From positions 20,626 to 84,625 of the forward strand of contig CAWHMD010000013.1 in assembly GCA_963830385.1 (NCBI GenBank): DNA of 64,000 nucleotides, written 5' to 3'. The translations under genes and the position numbers were made by a program. This document shows, piece after piece, positions 8,830 to 18,454 of the stretch. Source of the DNA: an uncultured Actinomycetes bacterium (lineage in GTDB: Bacteria; Actinomycetota; Actinomycetes; Streptosporangiales; Streptosporangiaceae). Position 1 is the first letter of the stretch. The number at the start of each line of letters is the position of its first letter. The notes beneath the pieces were generated by a model. The model was not told the DNA's origin. It searched no databases and saw only the letters and a list, made by a program, of their open reading frames with translations.

Positions 8830-9617
8830 CGCAACAGCAGACCGGTAAGGGTGACCGGGCGCAGTTGCCGGCTGGCCAGACCCCGCACAATCGCGGGCAA
8901 GGCGATCACGGTACCGGGATGCCCGAGATGCAGGCTGACGATCGACCCCGGCCGCGTCGATCCGAGCACAGTGGACACGATCGCGTCTGGCCCGGGATCG
9001 GTGTAGTCGAGCGAATCCACGTCGTACGATACGCACGTTTGATAGCCCGCCTTGCGGGCCTCCCGCTCGATCAGCGGTGTCGAGTACTGCGTTTGTGAGG
9101 GCCGAAACCAGCGGCCCGCCGATCCGGTCAGCGTGCGCAGCTGTTGCGCGCATCCCGCGATCTCCGCGTAGGCGCCCGAAGCGTCCATGGCCCTGATGTC
9201 GAGATGATGCATTGTGTGATTGCCCAGATCGTGGCCACCGCGCACGATCCGGTCCGCGACCTGCGGATACTGTTCGAGCCAGGTCCCGACGGCCAGCACT
9301 GTGATCCGGGCTCCCGCGCGCTCTGCCTCGCCGAGCAGCGCGTCGGTCATTGAGACTGGTCCCTGGCCGTGGAAGGTGAGCGCCACCTCGGGGCGGCGCC
9401 GTGACCCGTGCACGACCTGCGGGCCAAGGGGGATATTCCCCTCACCGCGCGTGCTCGCTGCCGGCGACGGCGTTGATGACGGCGACGGCACGGCTGATCG
9501 ATGAGCGTCACCGCCCGGCGGCTCGCCGCCCGACCGCGCGCTCGAGCAGCCTGCCAGCCCGGCCCCGGCTATGGCTCCGCCCGCCAGCAGCAAGAATTCC
9601 CGTCGCTCAATAGACAT
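8826..9617 (-). CDS. Polysaccharide deacetylase (NodB domain), Tat/lipoprotein signal
   Basis: MSIERREFLLLAGGAIAGAGLAGCSS (twin-arginine signal plus lipobox). VALTFHGQG...GHDLGNHTMHH are NodB motifs. Confidence 0.8.
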   Translation of the reverse strand: MSIERREFLLLAGGAIAGAGLAGCSSARSGGEPPGGDAHRSAVPSPSSTPSPAASTRGEGNIPLGPQVVHGSRRRPEVALTFHGQGPVSMTDALLGEAERAGARITVLAVGTWLEQYPQVADRIVRGGHDLGNHTMHHLDIRAMDASGAYAEIAGCAQQLRTLTGSAGRWFRPSQTQYSTPLIEREARKAGYQTCVSYDVDSLDYTDPGPDAIVSTVLGSTRPGSIVSLHLGHPGTVIALPAIVRGLASRQLRPVTLTGLLLR

Positions 9618-9664
9618 CTGCAGAACAGTATCCACCCCCGGCCGATCCCACCGCTCTTACCTTC

Positions 9665-11536
9665 TTACGCCGGGGCGGCGGCGTCTTTGAGGACCAGGCG
9701 CATGATCGCGCCGCCGGTGGGGCGGGACCGGGCGTCCACCTCGCCGCCCTGAGCGATGGCCAGGCGGCGGACGATGTAGAGCCCGATCCCGATGCCGCCG
9801 AAGCGGCGCCGGTCGCCCGCCTCGCCCTGGAAGAAACGCTCGAAGATGCGCTCGTGGTCGCCGTCGGCGATGCCGATGCCGTTGTCCGCCACGGTGACCT
9901 CGATCCGGCCGTCGGCCGCGCACGCCCGGACCACCACCTCACCGCCCTGGGGTGAGTACTTGAACGCGTTCTCCAGCAACTGGCCGACGATGATGTCGGT
10001 GGCCATGGTGTCGCCGAAGGCGGTCGGCAGGTCGTCGGGGATGTCCGCGATCAGCGTGTGCTTGTCCGACAGCGGCCGGAACGCGATCACCGCCGCCCGC
10101 AGCAGCGCGGCCAGTTCGAACGGCCCGTTACGGACCGGCAGCTGATCGGCGCCGGCCCGCGAGCCCAGCAGCAGCTGCTCGACCAGGCGGCCGAGCGAGC
10201 CGGCCCGTTCGGCGATCGTCTGCACGGCCGCCCGCCGGTCGGCGTCGGTGAGCTGGTCCCAGCGCTGGGCCAGGGTGCTGGCGAAGCCCTGGACCACGGT
10301 GATCGGGGTGCGCAGCTCGTGACTGGTGGTGGCCAGGAACAGGTCCTTGGCCTCCTCCAGTTCCTTGGCCGCGGTCACGTCGCGGAAGTCGATGACACGC
10401 TCGTCGCTGCCGGCCAGCGCGGTGCACAGCACGTCCAGCCACCGCCCGTTGGGCAGCCGGTGGGTGAGCTTGGCGCCCGGCTCCGGCTGCGGGAACGGCG
10501 GCTCCTTGCCCATCGCCACCTCGGCGGCCACCCCGGTGATCAGGTGCGCGGCCGGGTTCCACTGGCGCACCAGGCCGCCGCCGTCCAGCACGGCGATGCC
10601 GTCGGCGCTGCCGTCGATGACCGCGCGCTCGTGGGCCCGCTGGCGGATGGCCTCCTCGAACGCCATGGCGTTGGTCAGCGCCACGCCGGCGTGCCCGGCC
10701 AGCAGCTCGAGCAGCTCCAGCTCGACGTGGCTGAGGTTGCGGCGGCTGTACAGCGCGTACAGCGCCCCGTAGGGACGCTCCCCCACGTGCGACAGGCTGA
10801 GCGCGATCGTGTGCAGGCCGGGCAGCGCCGACCAGATCAGGTCGTCGAAGCCGCCGGAGTCGCCGGTGGTCATCATCACCGTCTTGCCCGACCGCATCAG
10901 GTCGCCGACCAGGCTGCTGGTCAGGTCGGCGGTGCGCCCGCGCAGCCGTTCCGGCAACCCGGAGGTGCTGACCAGCCGGAGCACGTTGTCCTCGATGAGC
11001 ACGAAACCGCCCGCGTCGGCCCCGGTCAGCTCGCGCAGGCTGGCGGCGATGCGGTCGAGCACCGATCCCAGGTCGCGCTGGGCGTTCATGTCGGCCACCA
11101 CGTCACCGAGCCGCCGGACCACCCGAGCCCGCTCGGCCATGTAGTGCCGGGCCACGTCGTCCTCGCCCACCTGGTGGCAGACGTTGACCCAGCCGGTCAC
11201 CACGCCGCCCGCGTCGTTCAGGGCGCTGGTGTCGATGCGGACGTCGATCGCGCTGCCGTCTTTGCGGATACGCCGGGTCGCGAACGAGATCTGGCCGCCG
11301 CCCCGGACCCGCTCCAGCACCGCGTTGTGTTCGGCCTTGAGCTCCTCGGGGATGATCGGCGGCTCGAGGCCCACCACTTCGGGCGCGGTCCAGCCGAACA
11401 TCCGCTCGGCCGCCGGGTTCCACAGCAGCACCGTGCGGTCGGTGTCGAACGCGACGATCGCGTCGGCCGCGCACTCGATGACGGCCCGGGCCGTCGCGTC
11501 GAACCGGCCCGTGACCTCCGCTGGCTTCATCACCAC
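9665..11536 (-). CDS. Cytoplasmic PAS-GAF-PAS sensor histidine kinase (orphan)
   Basis: H-box TSHELRTPITVVQGFASTL, N-box LLENAFKYSP, G-boxes DNGIGI and GGIGIGLYIVRRL. PAS-like WNPAAERMFGW and WNPAAHLITG. No response regulator adjacent. Confidence 0.85.
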   Translation of the reverse strand: MVMKPAEVTGRFDATARAVIECAADAIVAFDTDRTVLLWNPAAERMFGWTAPEVVGLEPPIIPEELKAEHNAVLERVRGGGQISFATRRIRKDGSAIDVRIDTSALNDAGGVVTGWVNVCHQVGEDDVARHYMAERARVVRRLGDVVADMNAQRDLGSVLDRIAASLRELTGADAGGFVLIEDNVLRLVSTSGLPERLRGRTADLTSSLVGDLMRSGKTVMMTTGDSGGFDDLIWSALPGLHTIALSLSHVGERPYGALYALYSRRNLSHVELELLELLAGHAGVALTNAMAFEEAIRQRAHERAVIDGSADGIAVLDGGGLVRQWNPAAHLITGVAAEVAMGKEPPFPQPEPGAKLTHRLPNGRWLDVLCTALAGSDERVIDFRDVTAAKELEEAKDLFLATTSHELRTPITVVQGFASTLAQRWDQLTDADRRAAVQTIAERAGSLGRLVEQLLLGSRAGADQLPVRNGPFELAALLRAAVIAFRPLSDKHTLIADIPDDLPTAFGDTMATDIIVGQLLENAFKYSPQGGEVVVRACAADGRIEVTVADNGIGIADGDHERIFERFFQGEAGDRRRFGGIGIGLYIVRRLAIAQGGEVDARSRPTGGAIMRLVLKDAAAPA

Positions 11537-11849
11537 CCCCTCATGGTGCCATCGAAGCGCTGTCCCAGGTCAGCAATTGCCGAGTGTCCCGATCGCGGAG
11601 GCGAGGCCTCTGGTCTGGGCCGGGACTCCTGGCTAAGGTAGTTGCTTGTTTGAAACCAAATAAATGAAGGAATGAGGTACCCGGTAAGGGGGCATACGTT
11701 CCAGTAACCAGCGCCCGGCGCGGGCCAATCCAGATCGCGGGCGGGCGCGCCCAGGGGTTGGCAAGGACTGCGGCCGGCAGTCATCCTTACTCCAAGGCTC
11801 CACCCGGGGCCACCGAACGTGCGGCGCGGTTCCCGCAAGGACGCGGACA

Positions 11850-12344
11850 TTGGACCAGGCAGAGTCTTATCCCCCTCAGGGCCAGCCGGAACGGCGGCGT
11901 GGGCAGGAGCAGCACGGCCATACGCGGCTCGACCATCCGGTCGTGGTGGGCTACGACGGCTCCCCGTGCAGCCGCAACGCGCTGGCCTACGCGGCCGGGG
12001 TGGCCCGGCGGCTCGGCCGCTCGTTGCTGGTGGTGCACGTGTCGTCCACCGGCATGTACTGCGAACCGCTGACCGGCCAGGTGATCGGCCTGCCGGAGCA
12101 CAGCGGCGACCTCGAGCGGTGGCTGCGGGCCGAGCTGGAACAGGTCGCCGACCCGACCGGTCTCGACGTGCACGTGCGCACCCGGCGGGGCAGCCCCGCC
12201 CGCGAGCTGGCCGCCATCGCCGCCGAGCAGGACGCGGACGCGCTGGTCATCGGCGCCCCGTCGCGGAACTGGCGGCGGGTCGGCGGCTCGGTGCCCAGCT
12301 GGCTGACCAGGCACGCCCGCTGCCCGGTGATCGTCGTCCCCTGA
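11850..12344 (+). CDS. Universal stress protein (UspA family)
   Basis: HPVVVGYDGSPCSRNALAYAA...LVIGAPSR...GSVPSWLTRHARCPVIVVP. Start (TTG 11850) uncertain. Confidence 0.8.
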   Translation: MDQAESYPPQGQPERRRGQEQHGHTRLDHPVVVGYDGSPCSRNALAYAAGVARRLGRSLLVVHVSSTGMYCEPLTGQVIGLPEHSGDLERWLRAELEQVADPTGLDVHVRTRRGSPARELAAIAAEQDADALVIGAPSRNWRRVGGSVPSWLTRHARCPVIVVP

Positions 12345-12448
12345 TCACGTCAACCGCTCCGGCGGTCAGCGCGTCTTGTTACGGAGCCAAGCGGTTTCGC
12401 AGCGTGACGATCTGATCGTAATCGGTCATTTACCCCGAACGGAGCGGT

Positions 12449-12838
12449 ATGAAGCTGAAGCGTGCGTCCCTGGTCCTGGCTGCACCGGTGACGGCCCTGC
12501 TGGCGGTGGCCACCCCGGCCGTCAGCGCCAGCGCGGCTCCCACTGCGGCAAACCCGACTAAGGTGCCGTGCCGCACCTGGGTGAGCAACAGCAAGCCCAA
12601 GGACTACTCGACAGTGGACGTGTGGGTAGCGACGGCCCGGGACGCGGGCGTGACCACCGTGGCCCACTACAAGACCAAGACGACCAAGCACACGGCCAAG
12701 GCGAATAGCAAGGGTGCCGCCGAGATCGCCTACCGCATCAGCGACGCGACCCCCGGCTACAAGGTGAAGGTATCGGTCACTGTGACCTCGGGCCGTCATA
12801 CCGGTAGCTGCTCCACGTCGTTCGTCCCGCACCGGTAG
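12449..12838 (+). CDS. Small secreted protein, unknown function
   Basis: Sec signal MKLKRASLVLAAPVTALLAVATPAVSASA followed by a beta-rich Lys/Thr-rich body. RBS-like GGAGCGGT precedes the ATG. Confidence 0.5.
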   Translation: MKLKRASLVLAAPVTALLAVATPAVSASAAPTAANPTKVPCRTWVSNSKPKDYSTVDVWVATARDAGVTTVAHYKTKTTKHTAKANSKGAAEIAYRISDATPGYKVKVSVTVTSGRHTGSCSTSFVPHR

Positions 12839-12874
12839 GGCGCTCGGCGGCAGGACATTTTCAGGTTCTTCTGG

Positions 12875-15800
12875 TCAGCGGAAGTCCCGGCTGGGCGGGG
12901 CGGCCGCGACCCGCAGGCGCCGCAGCCGGGACGCGACCAGGTTGGTGGCGCCTTCGGTGCGCTCGACCCGGCCGTGCACCAGCAGCGCGCCCGACTCCGC
13001 GCCGATCCGGCGGTAGCGGGCCCAGACGTGCGGCGGGCAGATGACGTTGACCATCCCGGTCTCGTCTTCCAGGCTCATGAACACCACGCCGCCCGCCGTC
13101 TCGGGCCGCTGCCGGTGGGTGACCAGGCCGCCGACCACCACCCGGTCGCCGGGCGGGGCGGCGGCCAGGCCGGTGGCGGTGAGCACGCCGTCGGCGTCCA
13201 GCCCGGTCCGCAGGTGCTCCAGCGGGTGGGTGCCGTAGATCCCGGTCGCCCACAGGTCGGCGACGGTCTCCTCGACCGGGGTCATCGCGGGCAGGGCCGG
13301 CGCGGTCAGCCCGGGCGTGCTGCCGGGCAGCTGGGCGGGCCGGATGGCGGCCGCCGCCCCCGCCACCCACATCGCCTCCCGGCGACCCGGGCCGAAGCAG
13401 CCGAACGCGCCCGCGGCGGCCAGCACCTCCATGGCGGGCGGGGACAGCCGGGCCCGGCGGGCGAAGTCCTCCAGGTCCCGGTACGGGCGGCCGGCGGCGA
13501 CCGCCGCGGCGGTGTCGGCGCCGAGGTGACGGACCCCGCGCAGGCCGAGCCGGATGGCCGGCTGCTCGCTCCCGTTGCTCTCCAGGGTGGCCAGGTCGCT
13601 GCTGATGTTGACGTCCACCCCGCGGACCTCGACCCCGTGCCGGCGGACGTCGCTGATCAGGCTGGCCGGTGAGTAGAAGCCCATCGGCTGGTTGCGCAGC
13701 AGGGCGGCGGTGAACGCGGCCGGGTAGTAGTGCTTCAGCCAGGCGCTGGCGTAGACCAGGTAGGCGAAACTGATCGCGTGTGACTCGGGGAACCCGTAGC
13801 TGGAGAAGGCCAGGATCTTCTGGTAGACGTCCTCGGCCACCTCGCCGGAGATGCCCCGCTCGGCCATGCCGTCCAGCAGCCGCTGGCGCAGCTCCTCGAC
13901 GCGTTCCGGCGCCCGCTTGGAGCTCATCGCCTGCCGCAGCTTGTCCGCCTCGGCCGGGCTGAAGCCCGCGCAGTCGATGGCCAGCTGCATCATCTGCTCC
14001 TGGAACAGCGGCACCCCGTAGGTCTTGTCCAGGGCCGCCTTCATCGACTCGTGCGGGATCAGCCGTTCCTCGTCGCCCGCGCGGCGGCGCAGGTAGGGGT
14101 GGACCGAGCCGCCCTGGATGGGGCCGGGCCGGATCAGCGCCACCTCCACCACCAGGTCGTAGAACTTCTCCGGGCGCAGCCGGGGCAGGGTGGACATCTG
14201 GGCCCGCGACTCGACCTGGAACACCCCCACGGTGTCGGCCGCCTGCAGCATCCGGTAGACGGCCGGGTCGTCCTGCGGGATCGAGTTCAGCGTCCAGGAG
14301 TGCCCGTAGTGGGTGTCGACCAGGTCGAAGCAGTCGTGCAGGGCCGACAGCATGCCCAGGCCGAGCAGGTCGAACTTGACCAGGCCGGCGTAGGCGCAGT
14401 CGTCCTTGTCCCACTGCAGGACGCTGCGGCCGGGCATCCGCGCCCACTCCACCGGGCAGACGTCGCTCACCGGCCGGTCGCAGATGACCATCCCGCCGGA
14501 GTGGATGCCCAGGTGCCGCGGCAGCCGCTGCAGCTGCCCGGCCAGCGCGGCCACGTCACCGGGCACCCCGGCCTCGCCATCGGCCACCTCGCCCGGCCCG
14601 GCCCGGTGGGACCAGGCGTTCAGCTCCTCCGGCGGGTGCCCGAGGGCCCGGCCCGCGTCCCGCAGCGCCATCCGCGGCCGGTAGGTGATCACGTTGGCCA
14701 CCTGGGCCGCCCGTTCCCGGCCGTAGCGGTCGTAGACGTACTGGATCGCCTCCTCGCGGCGGCGGTGCTCGATGTCGAGGTCGATATCGGGTGGGCCGTC
14801 CCGCCCGGATGAAAGAAAACGTTCGAACAGCAGACCGTGCCGGACCGCATCGACGCTGGTGATCCCCAGGGCATAACAGACCACCGAGTTCGCGGCCGAA
14901 CCACGCCCCTGGCAGAGGATCTGCTGGCGCTCGCAGAACCGGACGATGTCGTGGACGAGCAGGAAGTAGCCGGGGAACCCGAGTTGCCCGATCACGTTCA
15001 GCTCGTGCTCGATCTGGCGGTAGGCCCCGGCCTGCCACTCCGCGCCCGGCGGCCCGTAGCGCTTAGGGGCCTGCTCCGCGACCAGCGCGCGCAGCCAGGA
15101 CATCTCGTCGTACCCGTCCGGCACCGGGAAGTCGGGCAGGTTCGGGGCCAGGTCCCCGAAGCCGAACGCGCAGGCCTCGGCCAGCTCCACCGTCCGCTGC
15201 TGGACGCCGGGAAAGCGGCGCAGCCGGCGGCTCATCTCCGCCCCCGACCGCAGGTAGGCCGCGCCCGAGGCGGGCAGCCAGCCGTCCATCTCGGTCAGGC
15301 TGCGGCGCGCGCGGATCGCGGCCAGCGTGTCGGCCAGCCGGGCCCGGGCGGGGGTGGCGTAGTGCACGTTGCCGGTGGCGATCACGCCGGCCCCGGCCGC
15401 GGCGGCCAGCCCGGCCAGCAGGTCGTTCCGCTCGTCGTCACCGGGCTGGTCGTGGAAGGTCAGCTCGGCCAGCACGTTGCCGGGGCCGAACGTGGCGGTC
15501 AGCGCGCGCAGCTCGGCCAGCGCGGCGGCCGGGCCGCCGGTGGCCAGGGCGGCGGGCACCGCGCCCTTCCGGCAGCCGGTCAGCACCACCCAGTGCCCGT
15601 CGTGGGCTTGCCCGAGCGCGTCCAGGTCGTAGACCGGCCGTCCCTTGGCCCCGCCGGCCAGCTGGGCCGCGCTGATCACCGCCGACAGCCGTTTGTAGCC
15701 TTCCACGTCCCGGGCCAGCACCAGCAGGTGCCGCCCGCCTGGATCGGGTGATCCGGCTCGTTCCCGGTCGTTCCGGTTGATGTCCAGGCTCAGCTCGGCG

Positions 15801-16132
15801 CCAAAGACGGTGGCGAGCTGGTGCCGGGCCGCGGCCTGGGCGAACTGGGCCACCCCGTACATGCCGTCGTGGTCGGTGACGGCCAGCGCCCGCAGGCCGA
15901 GCCGGGCGGCCTCGGCGACCAGCTCGCCCGGGCTGGACGCCCCGTCCAGGAAGCTGTAGGAGGAGTGGCAGTGCAGCTCGGCCCAGGCCAGGCCGGCCTG
16001 CTCCGTGTTTTCGTCCCCCAGGGGGTGGCGCGGGCGCCGGGCCCGGTCCGGCCCGGGCGGCAGCTGGGTCACGTTCCAGGACAGCCGTCGTTCCAGCTCG
16101 CGCCAGCTGACCGGTGGGTTGTGCCAGCCCAT
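12875..16132 (-). CDS. dnaE2: Error-prone DNA polymerase III alpha-like subunit DnaE2 (ImuC)
   Basis: 1085 aa. N-terminus MGWHNPPVSWRELERRL and the PHP motif AELHCHSSYSFLDGAS are characteristic of DnaE2. Located downstream of imuA'-imuB. Confidence 0.9.
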   Translation of the reverse strand: MGWHNPPVSWRELERRLSWNVTQLPPGPDRARRPRHPLGDENTEQAGLAWAELHCHSSYSFLDGASSPGELVAEAARLGLRALAVTDHDGMYGVAQFAQAAARHQLATVFGAELSLDINRNDRERAGSPDPGGRHLLVLARDVEGYKRLSAVISAAQLAGGAKGRPVYDLDALGQAHDGHWVVLTGCRKGAVPAALATGGPAAALAELRALTATFGPGNVLAELTFHDQPGDDERNDLLAGLAAAAGAGVIATGNVHYATPARARLADTLAAIRARRSLTEMDGWLPASGAAYLRSGAEMSRRLRRFPGVQQRTVELAEACAFGFGDLAPNLPDFPVPDGYDEMSWLRALVAEQAPKRYGPPGAEWQAGAYRQIEHELNVIGQLGFPGYFLLVHDIVRFCERQQILCQGRGSAANSVVCYALGITSVDAVRHGLLFERFLSSGRDGPPDIDLDIEHRRREEAIQYVYDRYGRERAAQVANVITYRPRMALRDAGRALGHPPEELNAWSHRAGPGEVADGEAGVPGDVAALAGQLQRLPRHLGIHSGGMVICDRPVSDVCPVEWARMPGRSVLQWDKDDCAYAGLVKFDLLGLGMLSALHDCFDLVDTHYGHSWTLNSIPQDDPAVYRMLQAADTVGVFQVESRAQMSTLPRLRPEKFYDLVVEVALIRPGPIQGGSVHPYLRRRAGDEERLIPHESMKAALDKTYGVPLFQEQMMQLAIDCAGFSPAEADKLRQAMSSKRAPERVEELRQRLLDGMAERGISGEVAEDVYQKILAFSSYGFPESHAISFAYLVYASAWLKHYYPAAFTAALLRNQPMGFYSPASLISDVRRHGVEVRGVDVNISSDLATLESNGSEQPAIRLGLRGVRHLGADTAAAVAAGRPYRDLEDFARRARLSPPAMEVLAAAGAFGCFGPGRREAMWVAGAAAAIRPAQLPGSTPGLTAPALPAMTPVEETVADLWATGIYGTHPLEHLRTGLDADGVLTATGLAAAPPGDRVVVGGLVTHRQRPETAGGVVFMSLEDETGMVNVICPPHVWARYRRIGAESGALLVHGRVERTEGATNLVASRLRRLRVAAAPPSRDFR

Positions 16133-16180
16133 CGTCCCCTCCCGGCTCAGTCGTAACGGGCCGCCCGGCCTTGCCGACGG

Positions 16181-17605
16181 TCAGTCGTAGCGGGCCTCGA
16201 TCTGCCACTGGCCCTGCTGGACGGCGGCCAGCCAGCCGATGCCGTCCCCGGTGACCAGCTGGAACCGGGCGCGGCGGCTGGCCTGTTGCCCGTCCCACCA
16301 GCGTTCGGTCACCGGCCACGGGCCGGCCCAGGCGGTGATGGCCAGCCACGGCTCGGTCCCGGTGGCCAGCGCGTCCGGGGACGCGGAAACCACCGCCCGC
16401 CCAGTGACCGTCACCGGCGCCCCGGACGCGTCGATCACCTGGGCCGGGACCGGGGCCGGGTACACCGTGGCCGGAGCGGGCGGCGGGATGCCGGCGGGCC
16501 ACGGCCGGCCAGCGGGCAGCCGGGCCTCGCGCACGTCGCCGAACGGCACCAGCACCACCCGGTCGCCCGGGCCCCGGCCGCCGGCCAGCAGCGGGTGCGT
16601 CACCGATTCGTGCCCGAGCATGGCCTGGAGCCGCACCGCGGCCCGTTCCACCCGGTCCCGGACCAGATCGTCGCCCCACAGGGCGAGCTGCCGGCCCTCG
16701 TACCGGACCAGCTGATCCGGCACCAGCCGGAGCCGGGAGATCCCGCCGTCGGCCCCGGTTGTCCCGTCCGCCTCAGGCCGCTCGTGACCCTCGCCGGCCT
16801 GCCAGCTGTCCAGCTGCCAGCGCACCCGCTGGGCGATGGCCAGCGCGGACAGCAGGCCGTCGTGCCGCCACAGCCGGGCCTCGGTCCGGCCCGGCCCGGC
16901 CGTCACCTCGACCCAGATCCGGACGCAGGACAGCCCGCGGGCGGCCAGCCCGGCCAGCAGCTGACCGGCCAGGTTCTTGGCCGCGAACGCGGCCGGCTCG
17001 GCCAGCACCGGCGGGTCGAACTCCATGGCGGCGGACAGGTCGGCCGGGGCCGTCCCGGCGGCCAGACGGCGGGCTTCGGCCCCCTGGGCGATCCGCTGGG
17101 CGGCGCTCCCCTCGGTGCCGAACCGGCTGGCCACGTCCCGGGCCGGCAGCGCCGCGAAGTCGCCCACGGTCCCGATGCCCAGCCGGACCAGCTGCCCGGC
17201 CAGGGCCGGGGCGGCGAGGATGTGAACCGGGTACGGGGCCAGGAACGACCGTGTACCCCCTGGGGGTACCACCATCGCTGCGTGGTCCGGGCCGGTGGCC
17301 CGAGCAGCCAGGACGGCCGCGAACTGGCCGTCGGCCACTCCGGCGTGACAGGCGATACCCCCGGCCGTCACCACGCCGACGATCCGGCCGGCCAGCGCCT
17401 CCTCGCCACCGAAGTAGCGGGCCGGACCCCGGGCATTGATCAGGCACAGGCCGGGCCGGACCACCTCCACCACCGGGCAGAAGTCCGTCACCGCGGTGAC
17501 AACCCGCTCGAAGGCGCGGGCGTCGTGGCTGTCGGCCGTCTCTTCCGGCCAGTCCGGGCACCACACGGCCAGGATCCGGGCCGGGCGGTCGGCCGCGGTC
17601 CTCAC
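16181..17605 (-). CDS. imuB: ImuB, Y-family polymerase-like mutasome subunit
   Basis: Characteristic N-terminus RILAVWCPDWP. GTG 17605 overlaps the imuA' TGA (GTGA). The Arg/Gly-rich N-terminal extension in the track ORF (to 18166) is rejected. Confidence 0.85.
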   Translation of the reverse strand: MRTAADRPARILAVWCPDWPEETADSHDARAFERVVTAVTDFCPVVEVVRPGLCLINARGPARYFGGEEALAGRIVGVVTAGGIACHAGVADGQFAAVLAARATGPDHAAMVVPPGGTRSFLAPYPVHILAAPALAGQLVRLGIGTVGDFAALPARDVASRFGTEGSAAQRIAQGAEARRLAAGTAPADLSAAMEFDPPVLAEPAAFAAKNLAGQLLAGLAARGLSCVRIWVEVTAGPGRTEARLWRHDGLLSALAIAQRVRWQLDSWQAGEGHERPEADGTTGADGGISRLRLVPDQLVRYEGRQLALWGDDLVRDRVERAAVRLQAMLGHESVTHPLLAGGRGPGDRVVLVPFGDVREARLPAGRPWPAGIPPPAPATVYPAPVPAQVIDASGAPVTVTGRAVVSASPDALATGTEPWLAITAWAGPWPVTERWWDGQQASRRARFQLVTGDGIGWLAAVQQGQWQIEARYD

Positions 17606-18426
17606 TGGACCGCTCCGGCCAGTGCTGCCGGGGCTATCTGGGCCGGGGGCTCGACGCCGCCCGCGGCCCAGGCGGGCACGGCCGGCCGGGCGGCCACCGT
17701 CTCGTCCACCGTCACCGTGCCGTCCGGGCCGGGCAGCCACAGCCACTGCCGCCGCGGCCGGGCGGCCGCGCCCCGGCCCTCGGCCATCACCTCGGCCCGG
17801 CAGCCCCGCAGGCTCCCGTACCCGTCGCCGATCCCGGCCCAGGACCGCTGGGTCACCCGCAGCCGCACCGGTGCGCCGTCCCACGCCCCGGCCGCGATCA
17901 GCACCCCGCCGCCGCGCCGCAGCGCCCCCTCCAGCCGCCGCCGGACCTGCGCGGACGGCGGCCCAGGAGGCCGGACCACGACGACCTCGCACGCCTCCAG
18001 CATCGACGCGACCACCTGGGGCCAGTTCGGTCCGGGCTCGGGTACCAGCATCAGCCGGGTGGCCTCGGCCCCCATCCCGGCCGCCGCGACCACTCCCAGG
18101 CTGGGCACCCCGGCTACCCCGCACCACGCCCCCGCGGCCGACGTCGCCGCGAGCAGCGCCAGGCACAGCAGGCCGGGCTGCTCCACCGCCAGTACCGAGC
18201 CGCGGGTGAGACCCTGGCCCGGCAGCAGCCCGGCCAGGGCAGGCAGCACCGGCAGCATCCCCGCGCTGGACAGCACGGCGGTGCCGCTCGTGCCGCTCGT
18301 GCCGCTCGTGCCGCTCGTGGCTGCGGGAAACACAGCGTCACCGGCCCCCGGCCCGGATGCGGGGCGCGCAAGGTCGCCGGGGCTTTGGTCAAAAAGCCCT
18401 TTGACCTGCGAAGTCTGCTCCCGCAT
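17602..18426 (-). CDS. imuA': ImuA' (RecA-fold, SulA-like) mutasome subunit
   Basis: Position and translational coupling with imuB. ATG 18426 lies 13 nt downstream of the SOS box. Contains an in-frame (SGT)x4 repeat. Confidence 0.7.
   Translation of the reverse strand: MREQTSQVKGLFDQSPGDLARPASGPGAGDAVFPAATSGTSGTSGTSGTAVLSSAGMLPVLPALAGLLPGQGLTRGSVLAVEQPGLLCLALLAATSAAGAWCGVAGVPSLGVVAAAGMGAEATRLMLVPEPGPNWPQVVASMLEACEVVVVRPPGPPSAQVRRRLEGALRRGGGVLIAAGAWDGAPVRLRVTQRSWAGIGDGYGSLRGCRAEVMAEGRGAAARPRRQWLWLPGPDGTVTVDETVAARPAVPAWAAGGVEPPAQIAPAALAGAVQ
18281..18316 (-). repeat. Perfect 9-bp tandem repeat x4 (GTGCCGCTC on plus strand) inside imuA'
   Basis: Read directly: gtgccgctc repeated four times. Encodes SGTSGTSGTSGT in the imuA' frame. 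Confidence 0.95.
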
Positions 18427-18438
18427 AGGTAACCAGTA

Positions 18439-18454
18439 TCGAATTAATATTCGA
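18439..18454. promoter_or_regulatory. LexA SOS box (TCGAAT-N4-ATTCGA palindrome) upstream of imuA'-imuB-dnaE2
   Basis: The sequence tcgaattaatattcga(ac) is a perfect palindrome. It resembles the actinobacterial consensus TCGAAC-N4-GTTCGA and sits just upstream of the imuA' start, where SOS boxes occur in other actinobacteria. Confidence 0.75.

Noticed and set aside
17606-18166. N-terminal 187-aa extension of the imuB ORF
   Set aside because: It overlaps imuA' completely and is Arg/Gly-rich. The conserved ImuB N-terminus (ILAVWCPDWP) begins just after the GTG 17605 that overlaps the imuA' stop.
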